From positions 24,490,001 to 24,554,000 of the forward strand of contig OZ024750.1 in the NCBI GenBank assembly GCA_964016885.1: a stretch of 64,000 bases of DNA. Direction: 5' to 3'. Numbering within the stretch: the stretch's first letter is position 1; every line of letters starts with the position of its first letter. Source of the DNA: Eledone cirrhosa (taxonomy: Eukaryota). The position numbers and the translations under genes were made by a program. This document shows positions 26,583 to 40,578 of the stretch, piece by piece. The notes under the pieces are model-generated. The model was not told the origin of the DNA, searched no databases, and saw only the letters and a list, made by a program, of their open reading frames with translations.

Positions 26583-29032
26583 GAAAATTGGTTCTCTTCC
26601 ACACTGGAAGAAATATAAAAAAAAATTGAGCTGAAAATAGACTTGCCATTTTTGTACAATTTTTTATTATTTAATTTATTAAAATTTCAACCGGTGTCAC
26701 AAAATTTTACATTTTTCAATGGTAGAGTAAAGAAAACAAGATAGAGCAGCTAAGTGCTTAACGACTTACAGAACGTGGTGAATGTATTGTAACTAATATT
26801 TTAACACACACACACACATATATATTATTTAATACATGGTAATAAAGTAGACATTTTCATGGTGTTAGTAGGTGGATCCCATTTTTCGATGTGATCCACT
26901 TGTATATAGCTACCTATAAATCATTTCATTTGAAAATATATGCTTCCGGGATTTTTTACTTCCAGTATCTAAATAATTGGAAAAAAAAACATTTGTTTGA
27001 CTTAACTCTTTAGCATTTAAACCAGCCATATTCGGCCAGTATTCTCTCACCTCTTTCTGTTCACAAAGGCTGTAACCGGTCATACATACTGATGTTAAGG
27101 TATTGTTCTCAAAATAATAATATCAAAATCTCATAGATTCAATATTATGTGAGATAATTATGTGAAGTAAAGCCTTTACCATGAAAATATAATAGTATAT
27201 ATAGAGTAATGTAAATATTTTGTGAGATATTATGTGAGATAATTATGTGAGATAAAGCCTTTACCACAAAAATACAAAAGTAAATATAGAGTAATATAAA
27301 TGTTATGTGAGATAATTATGTGAGATAAAGCCTTTACCACAAAAATACAATAGTAAATATAGAGCAATGTAAGTGTTATGTGAGATAGTATGTGAGATAA
27401 AGCCTTTACCACAAAAATACAATAGTAAATATAGATTAATGTAAATGTTTGAGGGTAAAGGGAGGCTGCATGTGGACGGAAAAGTTTTCGTCTTCCAATG
27501 CATTTCTATTCTGATCAAATATTTCAGTGTGAAGCACAGAAAATATGTCCTCAATATCCAGTGATTTATCTGTAATTGGACTGGCTGGTGAATAGACATG
27601 TTATTGTTATATGTGTGCAGTGATGGGGGCCCTAATATATATAGTTTTTGTATCTATAATAATATGCATATGTACAAAACACATACACACACACATACCA
27701 AATATACGTACACACACATGTATGCAATGTCATTTGGTTGGCTGTGTCTTAATATAATATGAATTGTCTTTGCAGTCTGGTTACTTGTGGTGGTGTTTTG
27801 GTAACTTACACATGTGTAAAGCCTTACAATACATATATACACATATACATACGTGCACATTATTGCACACACATTGCCGACAGTTTGTTATGTAGCTTGT
27901 AATGTAGTTGGTTTTGCCTGTCAAATCTGTCCAGCCATTCTTTCCTGAGACATTACAACCATATGCCCGTAATATCAGAGTTGTGATCTCAATTCGGAGA
28001 AGTAGCGGCTTTACTTAGAGCAACTCTCTGATCTCCCAGCTATGAACTCTATCCAGTCACATTACTCTAAAGACCCATTTCAGCCACTTGTATTTGCAGT
28101 CGTATTCTTTTGGTCATTGCCCAAGATTCATGACCATAGGTAATGCCTAAAGATAGCGATTTTGACTTTGAAAAGTTAGTATCTGACAGCTGAGATCACA
28201 TTGTTTCAGCAGTGAGTAGATAACTCATTGAAACAGCCATGAGTTTAGCTGTCGGGCACTAACTTTTGACCATACATCCCCCCTACTTTCTCGATACATA
28301 TCGAGTACTTAGCTGAATATGGTCTTACTAGTCAAACTGGTAACTCACAAACTCTCTCTCCCTCTCTCTCTCTATCACATATATGTGTGTGTGTGTGTGT
28401 GTGTGGAATATAGAAATGTCTTTTGCAGGAGTAGAACTGTTTCACTCATATGAAAGCATTAGGAATGTCATATAAAATTGGTTGAGTTGGGAATTTATAG
28501 ATTTCGTACAGATGATTAATAATAATAATGATGATTTCTACTATAGGCACAAGGCCAGCAATTTTAGGGGAGGGGATAGTCAATTAAATCGACCCCAGTG
28601 CATTACTGGTGCTTTATTTTATCGACCCCATAAGGATGAAAGGCAAAGCTAACCTCAGCGGGATTTGAACTCAAAACTCAAAGGGCTGCAACTCTATGCT
28701 GTGAATAATGTTAATAATAATAAAAAATTGACTGTCTTAGTTACATGCATGCACACATGCACACACACATGCACACACACATATACACACACAGATGAAT
28801 ACAGACAACTATTTGAAAGAAATACACATGCCTTCCAGTAAACGATGCATAAAGTTTCTCTGTGTCCTTTGATAAAAGTGAAAAATTCGTTTCATGGTGT
28901 CTGCTGTTCAAGAAATATTAGGTGTCATTTAGTGGAAGACAGGTACATGTTTGATTTCCAATAGACTACTGTACTCATTGGTGTCATTAAATCATTAATG
29001 ATTTCAAATATCAATTTAACATCTGAAGTGTA

Positions 29033-30025
29033 TTAAACAAATGCCTTTTTGTCTATTCCAACTGTGTTAATTTTAGAGTCTTTTTTACCTATTTCTCTAA
29101 GCATTCCGAAATATTTTGACACCAGAAACATAAAATCATTGTGTTCTGTATCTATGTTCTTTTTCGCGCTAATGCATTCTCCTAAAACGCTTTCGAACAT
29201 TTTCAGAAGCAGAAATACCATGAAAAATACAGCGGTGAAAAAATATATCTTTCCTAGAATCGGTGATAAATCATTTAAATCATCAAAGTTTGTCTTTCCT
29301 AACACTATCAAAAACACAGAAACTAGAGATGCTGAAAAACTACGGTAAGACCAAATGGAACCAAATATTAAATATCCAAGCATGGCATAAATTGATGCAT
29401 AGATGAAAGTTAAAAAACTGACACCAGAAAGATGGGAAACACATCGGTTAAGAATTAATGATATTTGCAGCATTGTATCACTAACTCCAAGGATACAAGT
29501 CAGACGAATGATTGCAAAGAAAATCAAAAATGCTAAAGAAATTGATATCAACTCATTCCAAATTACAATGTGGTAGAAATTTACAAATGATTTCGGATCT
29601 TTGCGAAATTCTTCAATAATTTTGTTAGTTTCAATGGATTGAATAATGAATACAAAACTTGACACTAAACAGAAAATCAATGAAAATAAATCTATGATAT
29701 TCCAAAATTTATAGAAAAATGACATTTGCATTTTAATAAGATTATATATATTTTTGATAAGCAACAAAATTATACAGAATGTATAGACCGCTTGAGACAC
29801 AATGGTGATGATTTCATCACTGTTAAATGGCCGGAACACATTTATGATATAATAAGGTATAACACCACCACTCTCTGGAAATTCTACTAGAAAATTCAGG
29901 TTTGCAAACAAACGTAAGTTGGCATTATAAAGTGTAAATTCTAAGAAAACTGCTCTGGTTTGTCTGTCTATCCATTTACCACGAACCAGTTCCGTCTGCA
30001 TGACTCTTGATATCTTCTTGTTAAT
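29033..30025 (-). CDS. Polycystin-1-like last exon (PKD channel domain)
   Basis: WIDRQTRAVFLEFTLYNANLRLF polycystin motif followed by several TM helices and a stop; acag acceptor. Confidence 0.93.
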   Translation of the reverse strand: MNKKISRVMQTELVRGKWIDRQTRAVFLEFTLYNANLRLFANLNFLVEFPESGGVIPYYIINVFRPFNSDEIITIVSQAVYTFCIILLLIKNIYNLIKMQMSFFYKFWNIIDLFSLIFCLVSSFVFIIQSIETNKIIEEFRKDPKSFVNFYHIVIWNELISISLAFLIFFAIIRLTCILGVSDTMLQISLILNRCVSHLSGVSFLTFIYASIYAMLGYLIFGSIWSYRSFSASLVSVFLIVLGKTNFDDLNDLSPILGKIYFFTAVFFMVFLLLKMFESVLGECISAKKNIDTEHNDFMFLVSKYFGMLREIGKKDSKINTVGIDKKAFV

Positions 30026-30206
30026 CTGTTGTGGGTAAAATATATAAAAAAAAAAAGAAAATATGTGTTATTTATTATAAATAGCAATTAGAGATAGTTT
30101 TATAAACAATGCATTTCAGATAAAAGTATATTATATTTTAATGGGGCATCCCTAATTCCTTGTCATTCAAGTATGTTTCAGTGCAGATGTCCTGATAACT
30201 AACAAG

Positions 30207-30260
<54 letters not shown>

Positions 30261-31267
30261 ACACACACATACACACACATACACACATATATATATATAA
30301 AATTAGAATTGGTGCTCTGAAATAGTGATATATATATGAATGTATATATAGTGTATTTTGCAATACACTGTAAGCTTAATTAAAAGCATTTTGAAGACCA
30401 TACACTATTGTTTTAAAATAGTGACAATGTCACTTTTTTTTAATTTTCAGCAAACAGGGGAGATAAACTGACAGAGCTCTGTTTCGTACTTTTTGGTACT
30501 TATCAAAACTCACTACTCCTCCTGTCTGCTGAAAATTATGTTTGTTGGATTCTTATAGAATTCCAGTAATAATCAGGAACTGATTATACAGAGCGGGCGC
30601 CAGCCCAGCAGAAATTGAAAATTAGAATTGGTGCTCTGAAATAGCGATATATATACATATGAATGTATATATATAGTGTATTTTGCAAGGTAATAGTATA
30701 AAACTTTACCTTTTATATCCATGACTTTGCCATTGATAGTCTATTTCAATACATATTTTTAAATTTTGTTAATAGACATTTCCTATGAAACAATGTTTCT
30801 TATATTTGCTTTCTTTATCACCATTCAGGTTTTTTTATAAGTAATTGTTTCTACTTTTGGCACAAGGCCAGCAATTACCCAGTGCATTACTGGTACTTTA
30901 TTTTATTGTCCCTGTAAGGATGAAAGGCAAAGTTAACCGTTGCAGGATTTGAACTCAGAAGATAAAGGGACGTAACTATGCTGGAAAGCATGGCTACCGA
31001 CCCTCTAACGATACTGCCAATTCACCGCCCTTTTTAAAAAAAAATAATGCCAATACGAATTGTGAAAGATAAAATGAAAGTTACATGAGAGTGTAGTTGT
31101 AAAGCACTAAGACTATAGAGAACAATCATGGAAAGGTATTGAAATGCAGAAGAGTCCCATAGTTACTGGTACACAAACCTTTATATCTAAGTAGTTAAAA
31201 ATCTATACACAGGACAGAACATTCTTTTAGTGAACCACAAGCATTATTATTACATCAGGGGGTAGGT

Positions 31268-31662
31268 GGGGTGGATTGGCAGTATCGGTAGAGGGTCAGA
31301 CGCCATGCTTTGCAGCAAAGACTTATGTCCCTTTACGGTCAGAGTTCAAATCCCGTTGTGGTTAACTTTGCCTTTCATCCTTACGGGGTCGATAAAATAA
31401 TGTACCAGTAATGTACTGGGATAATTGCTGGCCTTGTGCCAAAAGTAGAAACAATTATTACTACATCAAGGGCAGTGCATTGGCAGTATGGGTAGAGGGT
31501 AAGACGCCATGCTTTGCAACACCGAGTTATGGCCCTTTACGGTCCGAGTTCAAATGCCGCTGAGGTTAACTTTGCCTTTCACCCTTATGGGGTTGATAAA
31601 ATAAAGTACCAGTAACGTACTGGGGGTCATTGCTGGCCTTGTGCCAAAAGTAGAAACAATTA
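31268..31662 (+). mobile_element. Two tandem copies of the same SINE
   Basis: Two units with the repeated flank attattattacatca. Confidence 0.85.
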
Positions 31663-32184
31663 TTACTATGTCATATCCACATCTATATCTCTCACATCTT
31701 GCAGCTATATCTAAATAAATGTCGTATAATTGTAGCTGTTGACTTAATAAGTATTTGTATGCATTAGTGAAAGTTTGAACATTCTTCATCCAACTCATTT
31801 GTTTATTTGCTTTGTTAATTCATCGTTCAATTGATTTAGTCAGTCAGTCTTTAAAATTTACTCGCCCGAATGACATGTGATAAGATGGTTAGGTTCATAT
31901 TGGATTTCAAAAAAATCCTGACTTATCACTTGCAATTATGTAGTAATTTAAATGTTAATGCTAAAGGGTTAATAATAAAAGTTGATCTTTGATTCATAAT
32001 TCATATGTTGTTGCATTCTTTATAATTATTTGGGACAATTCTATATTCAGAAGATTTATATTTATTAGCACCCAAAACACTAAATTGGGATTATACCAAC
32101 GTATATCCTAATGTTTGTTGAGTGAGATGGTTACCAGTCGGAGTTTAGCTTAAAGCTTTCTCTGTTATTGTATTAAATATTATA

Positions 32185-32985
32185 TTATATACATTTATTA
32201 TATTTATATACATTTATTATATTTATATATATATTAATTATATTTATATATATATTTATTATATTTATATATATATTTATTATATTTATATATATATTAA
32301 TTATATTTATATATATTTATTATATTTATATATATATTTATTATATTTATATATATATTTATTATATTTATATACATTTATTATATTTATATACATTTAT
32401 TATATTTATATATATATTTATTATATTTATATATATTAATTATATTTATATATATATTTATTATATTTATATATATATTAATTATATTTATATATATTTA
32501 TTATATTTATATATATATTTATTATATTTATATATATATTTATTATATTTATATATATATTTATTATATTTATATACATTTATTATATTTATATATATAT
32601 TTATTATATTTATATATATATTTATTATATTTATATATATATTTATTATATTTATATATATATTTATTATATTTATATACATTTATTATATTTATATACA
32701 TTTATTATATTTATATATATATTTATTATATTTATATACATTTATTATATTTATATATATATTTATTATATTTATATACATTTATTATATTTATATATAT
32801 ATTTATTATATTTATATACATTTATTATATTTATATATATATTAATTATATTTATATATATATTTATTATATTTATATATATTTATTATATTTATATATA
32901 TATTAATTATATTCATATATATTTATTATATTTATATATATATTTATTATATTCATATATATTTATTATATTTATATATATTATT
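32185..32985. repeat. AT-only ~19-21-bp minisatellite
   Basis: atttattatatttatatat(at) units. Confidence 0.95.
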
Positions 32986-34564
32986 TATTAGCCAATATTT
33001 GATTCAGAAGATAATTAATTTTCAACGTTTCGTATGGTAGTAAAGCCACAATTGACATTAACAAAGGTCACAGAATAGGAAATGCTGGTCATTTCACCGG
33101 AAATAATAGCAACAAAGGGCTTAATATTTAGAGCATCGAAGAATTAACATTATTCTGGTATATTCTAGGGCGGTGGATTGGCAGAATCAGTAGAGAGTCG
33201 AACACCTTGCTTTGCAGCATAGAGTTATGGTCCTTTATGGTCTGAGTTCAAATCCCGCCGAGGTTAACTTTGCCTTTCATCCTTATGGGGTCAATAAAAT
33301 AAAGCACCAGTAATGTACTGGGGTCAATTTATCGACCCCCCCCCCCCCCCAAACAAAAATACTGGCCTTGTGCCTATACTAGAAATAATTATTATTCTGG
33401 AATATTCTGGACAGTGAAAAATACATTTCTTCTTCTTCACCCACTTATTCCTGAGAGGGTCATGGGAGCAGAGTCCTCAAACACTCCTTCCAGCGGGTCC
33501 AGTCAGAAGCAACCATCTCCAACTAATCTGACTGGATCTGCAAGTATGACCAGTCAATCTTAACCATCTTGCTTGGGGTCTAATAATTAATATTCTGTGT
33601 ATTTTTCACCAACAGGTGAAACATACACAAAATATTAAATATTTTTTTAACAAAAAAGAAAATTGATTTTGCAAAATACTATATTGGCAATTGACATCAT
33701 TCTCATGGAAAGCAAAATAACCATAAAAAAACGCTTGAAAATGGCTTTAACAACATTTAAATCAAAATTTTATCCCAATGAGAGGAAATTGGAACATTGT
33801 CCACTGAAAGTTCCTTGAACCCTGATGAAGGGACTTTTAGGTTCCGAAATATTGGACAGAAAAAGAACAACAACAAAAAAAAAAAAAACCAAGATTACCA
33901 GGTAACTTATTTTTCGTTACTTCATCTTACAGTCCATTTTGCATTGTTTAGCCTTCTATCTCTTTCAACATTATATATTATATAGAATGCTTCAAGCAAA
34001 CTACAACATTTTAAATATTTTCTATTCTGTTCTGAACGCCATTGCCTACTATTTTATTCAATGTCACAAAATGCTCTAGTTTATGAACTGAAATAAGTTT
34101 CTGACTATATAGTGACTTCCTTAATAACGGGTTTCCACTAGTTAAATATTTCATGTCAAATTTCCTAGACCTCAACTGATTGTTCTAAAGAGTTCTTGGC
34201 TTCTTTGTTTAAACACTGCTGACATGTGGCTTTGGTATTTATTAATTATTTTGTTACTTAGTCTCCAACAATAATCTATAACTCTAACTTAGGTGCTTAT
34301 TGTCTTAGTTTAATCACCTGTCAAAACTAGGAGCTCTTCTTTATATGAACCTTAATTTACTTACTTAGTTAAATACCTCTACTTTCACTTAACAGTTTAT
34401 TGCCAATAGAAGGGCATTTCAAATTCAGAGAATGCATTGTATATGTATAGTTAATATCTGCTCTTTAATATTTTTTTCTTCAGAATTTTTAAACCAAACT
34501 TAAATTCAAAATATTTACTAAATACCAACAAATCTTTGTCTAAAGCTTCTCATAAAAAAGTAAT

Positions 34565-34736
34565 TACCGTATTTCCTAGAGCTGAAGACGCTTTGTCCTC
34601 GAGGACGCACCCTGATTTTGACAACCAAAAATTTGAAAAAAAATAATAAACAACCTTCAGCCTCCAGGATGCATGGTAGATTTTTGAGACTTATTTTAAG
34701 AAAAAAGTAGCATCTTCGACTCCGGGAAATACGGCA
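34565..34736. mobile_element. Tc/mariner (pogo/Tc2-like) MITE; second copy at 48393-48563
   Basis: TA-ccgtatttcc ... ggaaatacgg TIRs; the two copies share internal sequence. Confidence 0.8.
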
Positions 34737-35821
34737 ATCTGTAGGCTTTAAACCAATCAATTCAACTAAATAGGTAGCATCCTCATTGATAATTCATATG
34801 GATTGTGAGTAGCTTTCTTATTCCACTTTTGCCGACTTTTTGGTCCATTTCCTCTTTTCTATCAATGGTATTTTTCTTATGACATTTACGTTTCTATGTT
34901 TTTGACATTCCCATTTCCCTTGCCACTCGCAAATATCATCAACTAGAAAATGGAATATACAACTAACTAAATTTCATGCTTCATACTGCACTAATAAGAA
35001 GCCCTAATATATTTTGAAGTGAGGGTAGAGGATAATAATAAAATCTCTAGTTTGCAGAAAGAATCATTTCCACTCCTCTCTTCACATTATCAACACATGC
35101 TTAGTCAATTTCAAGGGAATTTCATGTATTAAATATATAGAACTAAATTAGATAGATATTTAAATGCAAAGCAGTTAATGAGGATTTATACTGCTCAGAC
35201 AATTCCATCATGGAATATTATTCTCTGCCTAGGAATGGCCTCAGTCAAACTTAATTAAGAGAGGTTCTCTGCCTGATAGACTAACAATCATTGAGTTCAA
35301 ATCCCGCCGAGGTTAACTTTGCCTTTCATCCTTACGGGGTTGATAAAATAAAGTACCAGTAATGCACTGGGTAATTGCTGGCCTTGTACCAAAAAGTAGA
35401 AACAATTATTACTCATTTCTAACCCACACCTGTCAATCTGTGGTTTCTCTCTGTTTCTTCTATCATAATGTTCAAACATTGTTCAAAACTGAAGTAAAGT
35501 TTCAGCATTAAAGATTAAAAATTCAAGGTTTTATCAATGAGACACTCAAGGAAGACTTTGGCTTCTTAGATGCTTCAGAGAAGGCGAAAAATATATTATT
35601 GAGCCTTGAGTCATTGATTCAGATTAATCTCATTTGAAACATCCTATAAACATGGTTTACAAACAATCATATTTATCACCGAAAAAGAAATATAACTAGA
35701 AACAAAATAAACAAGAAATTACCAATCACAATCTTAATATAAACAAAAAATGACAAATCATAACTTCAAATAATCTAAAACAAAAATGGTATTCCATATT
35801 TTATAAAGATAGTATTATTAC

Positions 35822-36069
35822 CTCAAAATTATTAATGTAACCACCACCACCATATTTATTCAGCATACCAATAATTGGTACGCCATTTATTTTTGAGGAT
35901 GGAGTATATTTCCAAGATTCTGAAGTAAAGTTGAAAATGGTTTCATTGTGGGGGCATTGATTAATTAACATTTCTTTCCACCGAAGACAATACGAATCTT
36001 TTAATTCGTTAAAATAACTGTATCTTCCATAACAACTTCTAGTTTTAAAAGTCGGATGACCGCAGTTTC
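35822..36069 (-). CDS. Polycystin-1-like exon (TOP domain; absent from ORF track)
   Basis: ...SWKYTPSSKINGVPIIGMLNKYGGGGYINNFE; AG/GT flanks, phases fit. Confidence 0.92.
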
Positions 36070-36506
36070 CTACAAATTAAAAAGACACAATTTTTTTAAT
36101 GGTACAATATTTTATGATTAAATTCAAATGGTGTTTGATTTGTTAGCTGGTATTTGATTGATTACTCATAATAACTGAATAGTATATTTTCATTAATACT
36201 AAATTACCTGTACTAAAGAACATACATAATAGGATCCATGGCGGGAGTCTTCATGAAGATCTATTAGAAATGGCACCCCGCACAGACAAGATGGTGCTGT
36301 GTAGAAGGTCTTTGATAATAGCCCTGCATAAACAAAGATGACCAGGAGCTAAATAATGATGGAAAGAGGTGAAAAAATTCTGGCCGGATACGGCTGGCTT
36401 AAATGCTAAAGCGTTAAACCATTCTAGTGACTCTGCCAGATTGCCAATTATCTTTAATAACAAAAAGATTTATAGTACCAAACCGATTTATAATAATTAG
36501 ACCTAC

Positions 36507-36684
36507 CTGACTTTACAACTCTCTGTTGCCGCAATCTTGCTGGACCAAGCTTCATATTTACACCATCTGATATGTACTGTTTCTCGAAAGCAACCATTCT
36601 CTTATTAAACATACTTGAAGTTGGAAAGAAATTTGTGAACACAATATTGTCCAACCAGTTGTAGTATTTTTTAATAGTATTAAT
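36507..36684 (-). CDS. Polycystin-1-like exon (TOP domain)
   Basis: YYNWLDNIVF...LGPARLRQQRVVK, matching the polycystin LG.PRLRQ.RV motif. Confidence 0.92.
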
Positions 36685-36884
36685 CTAGAAAAAAAAATAT
36701 ATACGTATCTATGTGTGTCTGTGTGTCTATATATATATATATATTAAGGAAAATAACCCAAATGAAATTTATGCATTATTTGCATTGTTTTCTTTGTTGG
36801 GCTTTCAACTTCTTGTGATGTAAGAGAGGCATTTAAAACTTAGTGGAGTCAATACTTCTCCAATTCTCAATGCAGCTGAGAAGC

Positions 36885-36993
<109 letters not shown>

Positions 36994-37746
36994 CGAGAGA
37001 GAGACAGACAAAGAGAAAGAAAAAAAAAAAGTGAGTGTGTGTGTGAAAGAGAAGACTACCACAGTACTGGTACTTTATTTATCGGCCCCCAAAAAGATGA
37101 CAGGTAAGGTTTGCCTCGAGATTTGAACTCATAACATAGAGAGCTGGATCGAATACTACAAGGTATTTTATCCGATGTGCTAACGACTCTGCCAACTAAC
37201 TGCTTTGTATTATTCTTAATAGGTAGAGTGCCGGACAACATGCTTTGCAGCATAGAGTTACGGCGCTTTACCTTCTGAGTTGAAATCCGGCCGAGGTTAA
37301 CTTTGCCTTTCATCCTTACGGGGTTGATAAAATAAAGTACCAGTAATGCACTGGGGTCGATTTAATCGCCTCCACCCTTCAAATTGCTGGCCTTGTGCCT
37401 ATAGTAGAAACAATTATTCTTAATAATTGTTTCTATTTTAGGCACAAGGCCAGCAATTACCCCAGTGCATTACTGGTACTTTATTTTATCGACCCCGTAA
37501 GGATGAAAGGCAAAGTTAACCTCGTCCGGATTTGAACTCAGAATAATATCACAGAAACTGAAGTGCAACACTAAGTAATTGGTGAAACAGAACTTTTGGT
37601 CAGTTTTGATTCCTATAATGGCATCACTTATACCATTCATGGCTTTCGGTGTTCTTGGTATTTAGCCCCAAGTCAGCCGTGATCGAACACACCTATGATC
37701 AGTGTCGTTTTAGATGTAATCATCATTTATTTTTGTATAACTAGAT

Positions 37747-38066
37747 CAGTGGTTCCCAACCTTTTGTACTCCATACCCCACCTCAACATCTCAAACATTT
37801 CTATGCCCCTCTTTGATATAAAAACAGCGATGACCAACCACAAAGTGTAAACAAATTGACATATGGGTGATGCTAGATACACAATAACATGTGTGGAGGA
37901 GGTGAGACAGGAGTTTCTGATAGTAATTTGTTCCAAAGTTGCCTTGGTGTAAAAGTAATAAGGTAAAACCTGAAGTTTACTCTCATTAACATCATTTTCA
38001 AATTACCCTCCTTGAATATTCAAATTGCTTCCCTGTGGGGTGAGCACCCCATGTTGGGAATCACTG
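37747..38066. mobile_element. hAT (Charlie-like) MITE
   Basis: TIRs cagtggttcccaac / gttgggaatcactg; 8-bp TSD aactagat / atctagat. Confidence 0.8.
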
Positions 38067-38812
38067 ATCTAGATCTATATTGTAGTGAAAACCTACTGGC
38101 GAAGATGTTAGGCTCATGATGGTGTTTGATTCCTGAGGTGAGTAGTGCTAAAACACTTAATTTCATGTTGTCCAGTTCACCAAAATTGAAACAATTAGTA
38201 ACAGATAAGGGGTTAACATTGCAACTAACTAGTGTTGTGTCCAGAGAAGCCTTCTATTTTTAGTCTCTTAACAAAAGTGAAACAGAGATACAGTCTGACC
38301 TAATGTTTTCAGGACTACATTTTCTAGTGAGTATTTCAGTTTATAAGATGCACATGTGATGCACATGGAGGATGACCGCTGGGTAAAGAAGTGCCAAGAA
38401 ATCACAGTGGAAGGAAGACGCAGTAGATGAAGAACACGAAAATCATTGGCGGAGGTGGTGAGAGCTGACCCCAGATCGCTGAAGCTCACAAAGGAGATGA
38501 CGAAGGACAGAGACGAATGGAGAGATGCTGTGCTGAAAAGGACCCATCCCATTCTTGCAAGCAAGGAAAAGCGGATGTAAAATGATGATGATGATGATGA
38601 TGAAGATGGTAGGGTATGATGTGTGGAAGATTTGGTTGCCATTTCTAACAAGATGAACAACAGCATAGATATTCCCTTGTTGACTTCTTTGCATTTTTTC
38701 CATTCTTTATTTCCACCAAATACCATTGAAACAGATAAACATATTTTCACATTTCCTCTCCACCATAAATATGAAAAGATATTTCTATACAGCAATGAAA
38801 TCTTTTACTTAC

Positions 38813-39060
38813 ATTTGAAAATTTGTATTTGCTCCCAACTGGATGAACAAATGTAAACTTGAGTGACTCCTTCATTCTATAATTTGATGTGTCTTGGTTT
38901 ATATATGCCATGTAACCAGCAGATATGAGTAAAAGACTATATATAATACCATTCAACAAAATACTCTTTAACCACACCTCAGAAGAAATGTGTCGTCCTC
39001 TTATTTTTTGTGCTTCTTCATCTAGAGGACTGAATATAATTTTCTTCATAAACTGTATTT
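38813..39060 (-). CDS. Polycystin-1-like exon
   Basis: PLDEEAQKIR...ILLNGIIYSLLLISAGYMAY TM helix; AG/GT flanks, phases fit. Confidence 0.88.
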
Positions 39061-40578
39061 CTGTAAAATAAATATAACAACTTTATGTGATACTTGAACT
39101 TACAATCACGAAGTAATTTGCAGGAAATTAAAATGAATTCATCACAGATTTAGAATATCAATATTTTCTTACATAACTATAACACTTCAGACTTATAGTA
39201 CAGACAACAAAACCATTAGGACTTTCGAGAGAAGTTTTAGGGGGTGAATAAGGCTGTTTTCGAGCCTTCCAGTGTGTGGAAAGCACCTCTCAAAATTCAA
39301 GGAGGTTGGTGTCCAAGCGATTTTTTGGAGAGCTATCAGATATTAATGGGCCTTCTTACACTCTCCTATCTCTTGATCAATGTACCGGTGGAGACCCCCT
39401 CCCATGGAGCCATCAGTAGATCTCGAAGTCGGTGGAAATTCAAATGAAATATGATACATGAAGTTGGTTTAAAGATCTATCTACTGTAAGCATTGAAAGT
39501 CAAATCTTGCCATGCCTATGACTTATTCTGCAGACAATTACATGTGTTGGTCTGGTATTTGTCTATTTGGTCAGTGCTGCTCTTTATAAAGGTTTAACCC
39601 TTTAGCATTTGCATTACTCTATATTTATTATTGTATTTTGAGGTTTTACCTCACATCATTATCTCAAAAAATATCGAATCAGAGATTTTGATATTACTTA
39701 TTTTGAGAACAATACTTTAAAGTTGGTATGAGTGGAAGGTTACAGCCGGTTTGAACAGAAATAGGTAAGAGAATTCTGGCCGGATATGGCTGGTTTAAAT
39801 GCTAAAGGGTTAAGGATGTTTAATAGGATAAATCCTGTGTATTTTTCTTTTTTTTTTTTGCTGTTTACTCAGAAAGGGAAGTGCAATGTCCATGACCTCC
39901 GAGAATGATAAATCTTTATAGTCACATATTCATACAGCTGTTCTATATATATATGATGGACTCTCCTGTCAATATCCAACATATCAGTGTCCAACAAAAG
40001 TTAAATGTGAGAAAGTGAACTGATGCTGAACTACCCACACAAAGTTTTGTTTTAAGTGGTTAAGGCTTGTGTAGGACCAACTGATGACACATATCTTCGG
40101 AGCAAATGTTTGCCATGGAAAATACAACAACAGCCCTCAGCTTTTTATGCCTCGGAGTTTAACTTTCTTCGTATAAAAAAAACAAAAACTATTTGGATGG
40201 CTGTTGACTCTGCTGAGTTCCTCCGCCCTTTGCTGGGTCTTGTATTTCATCCCACAGGGTGTCCAAATAACCTCCTCACCAAGCAAGCTTGGTGGGGGTT
40301 TAGTCGCTGCTGACCCGACCATGATACAGATTGTACTGGGTTACATGTTACCAGTAGCACTCAAGAGCGACCTGACAATATATATATATATATATATGTG
40401 TATATATATATATGTTGGGAAAGGCACCCAGCTGTAGAAAACCCACCAGACGTGTAGGTGTCACAACAAAAAAAAACACAGACAGTCCACGCTGTAATGT
40501 GGCCGTGTAGGTAACACGGTAAAAACCTCCCAGTCCACACTGTAAATGTGGTTGGTGTTAGGAAGGGCATCCAGCCGT

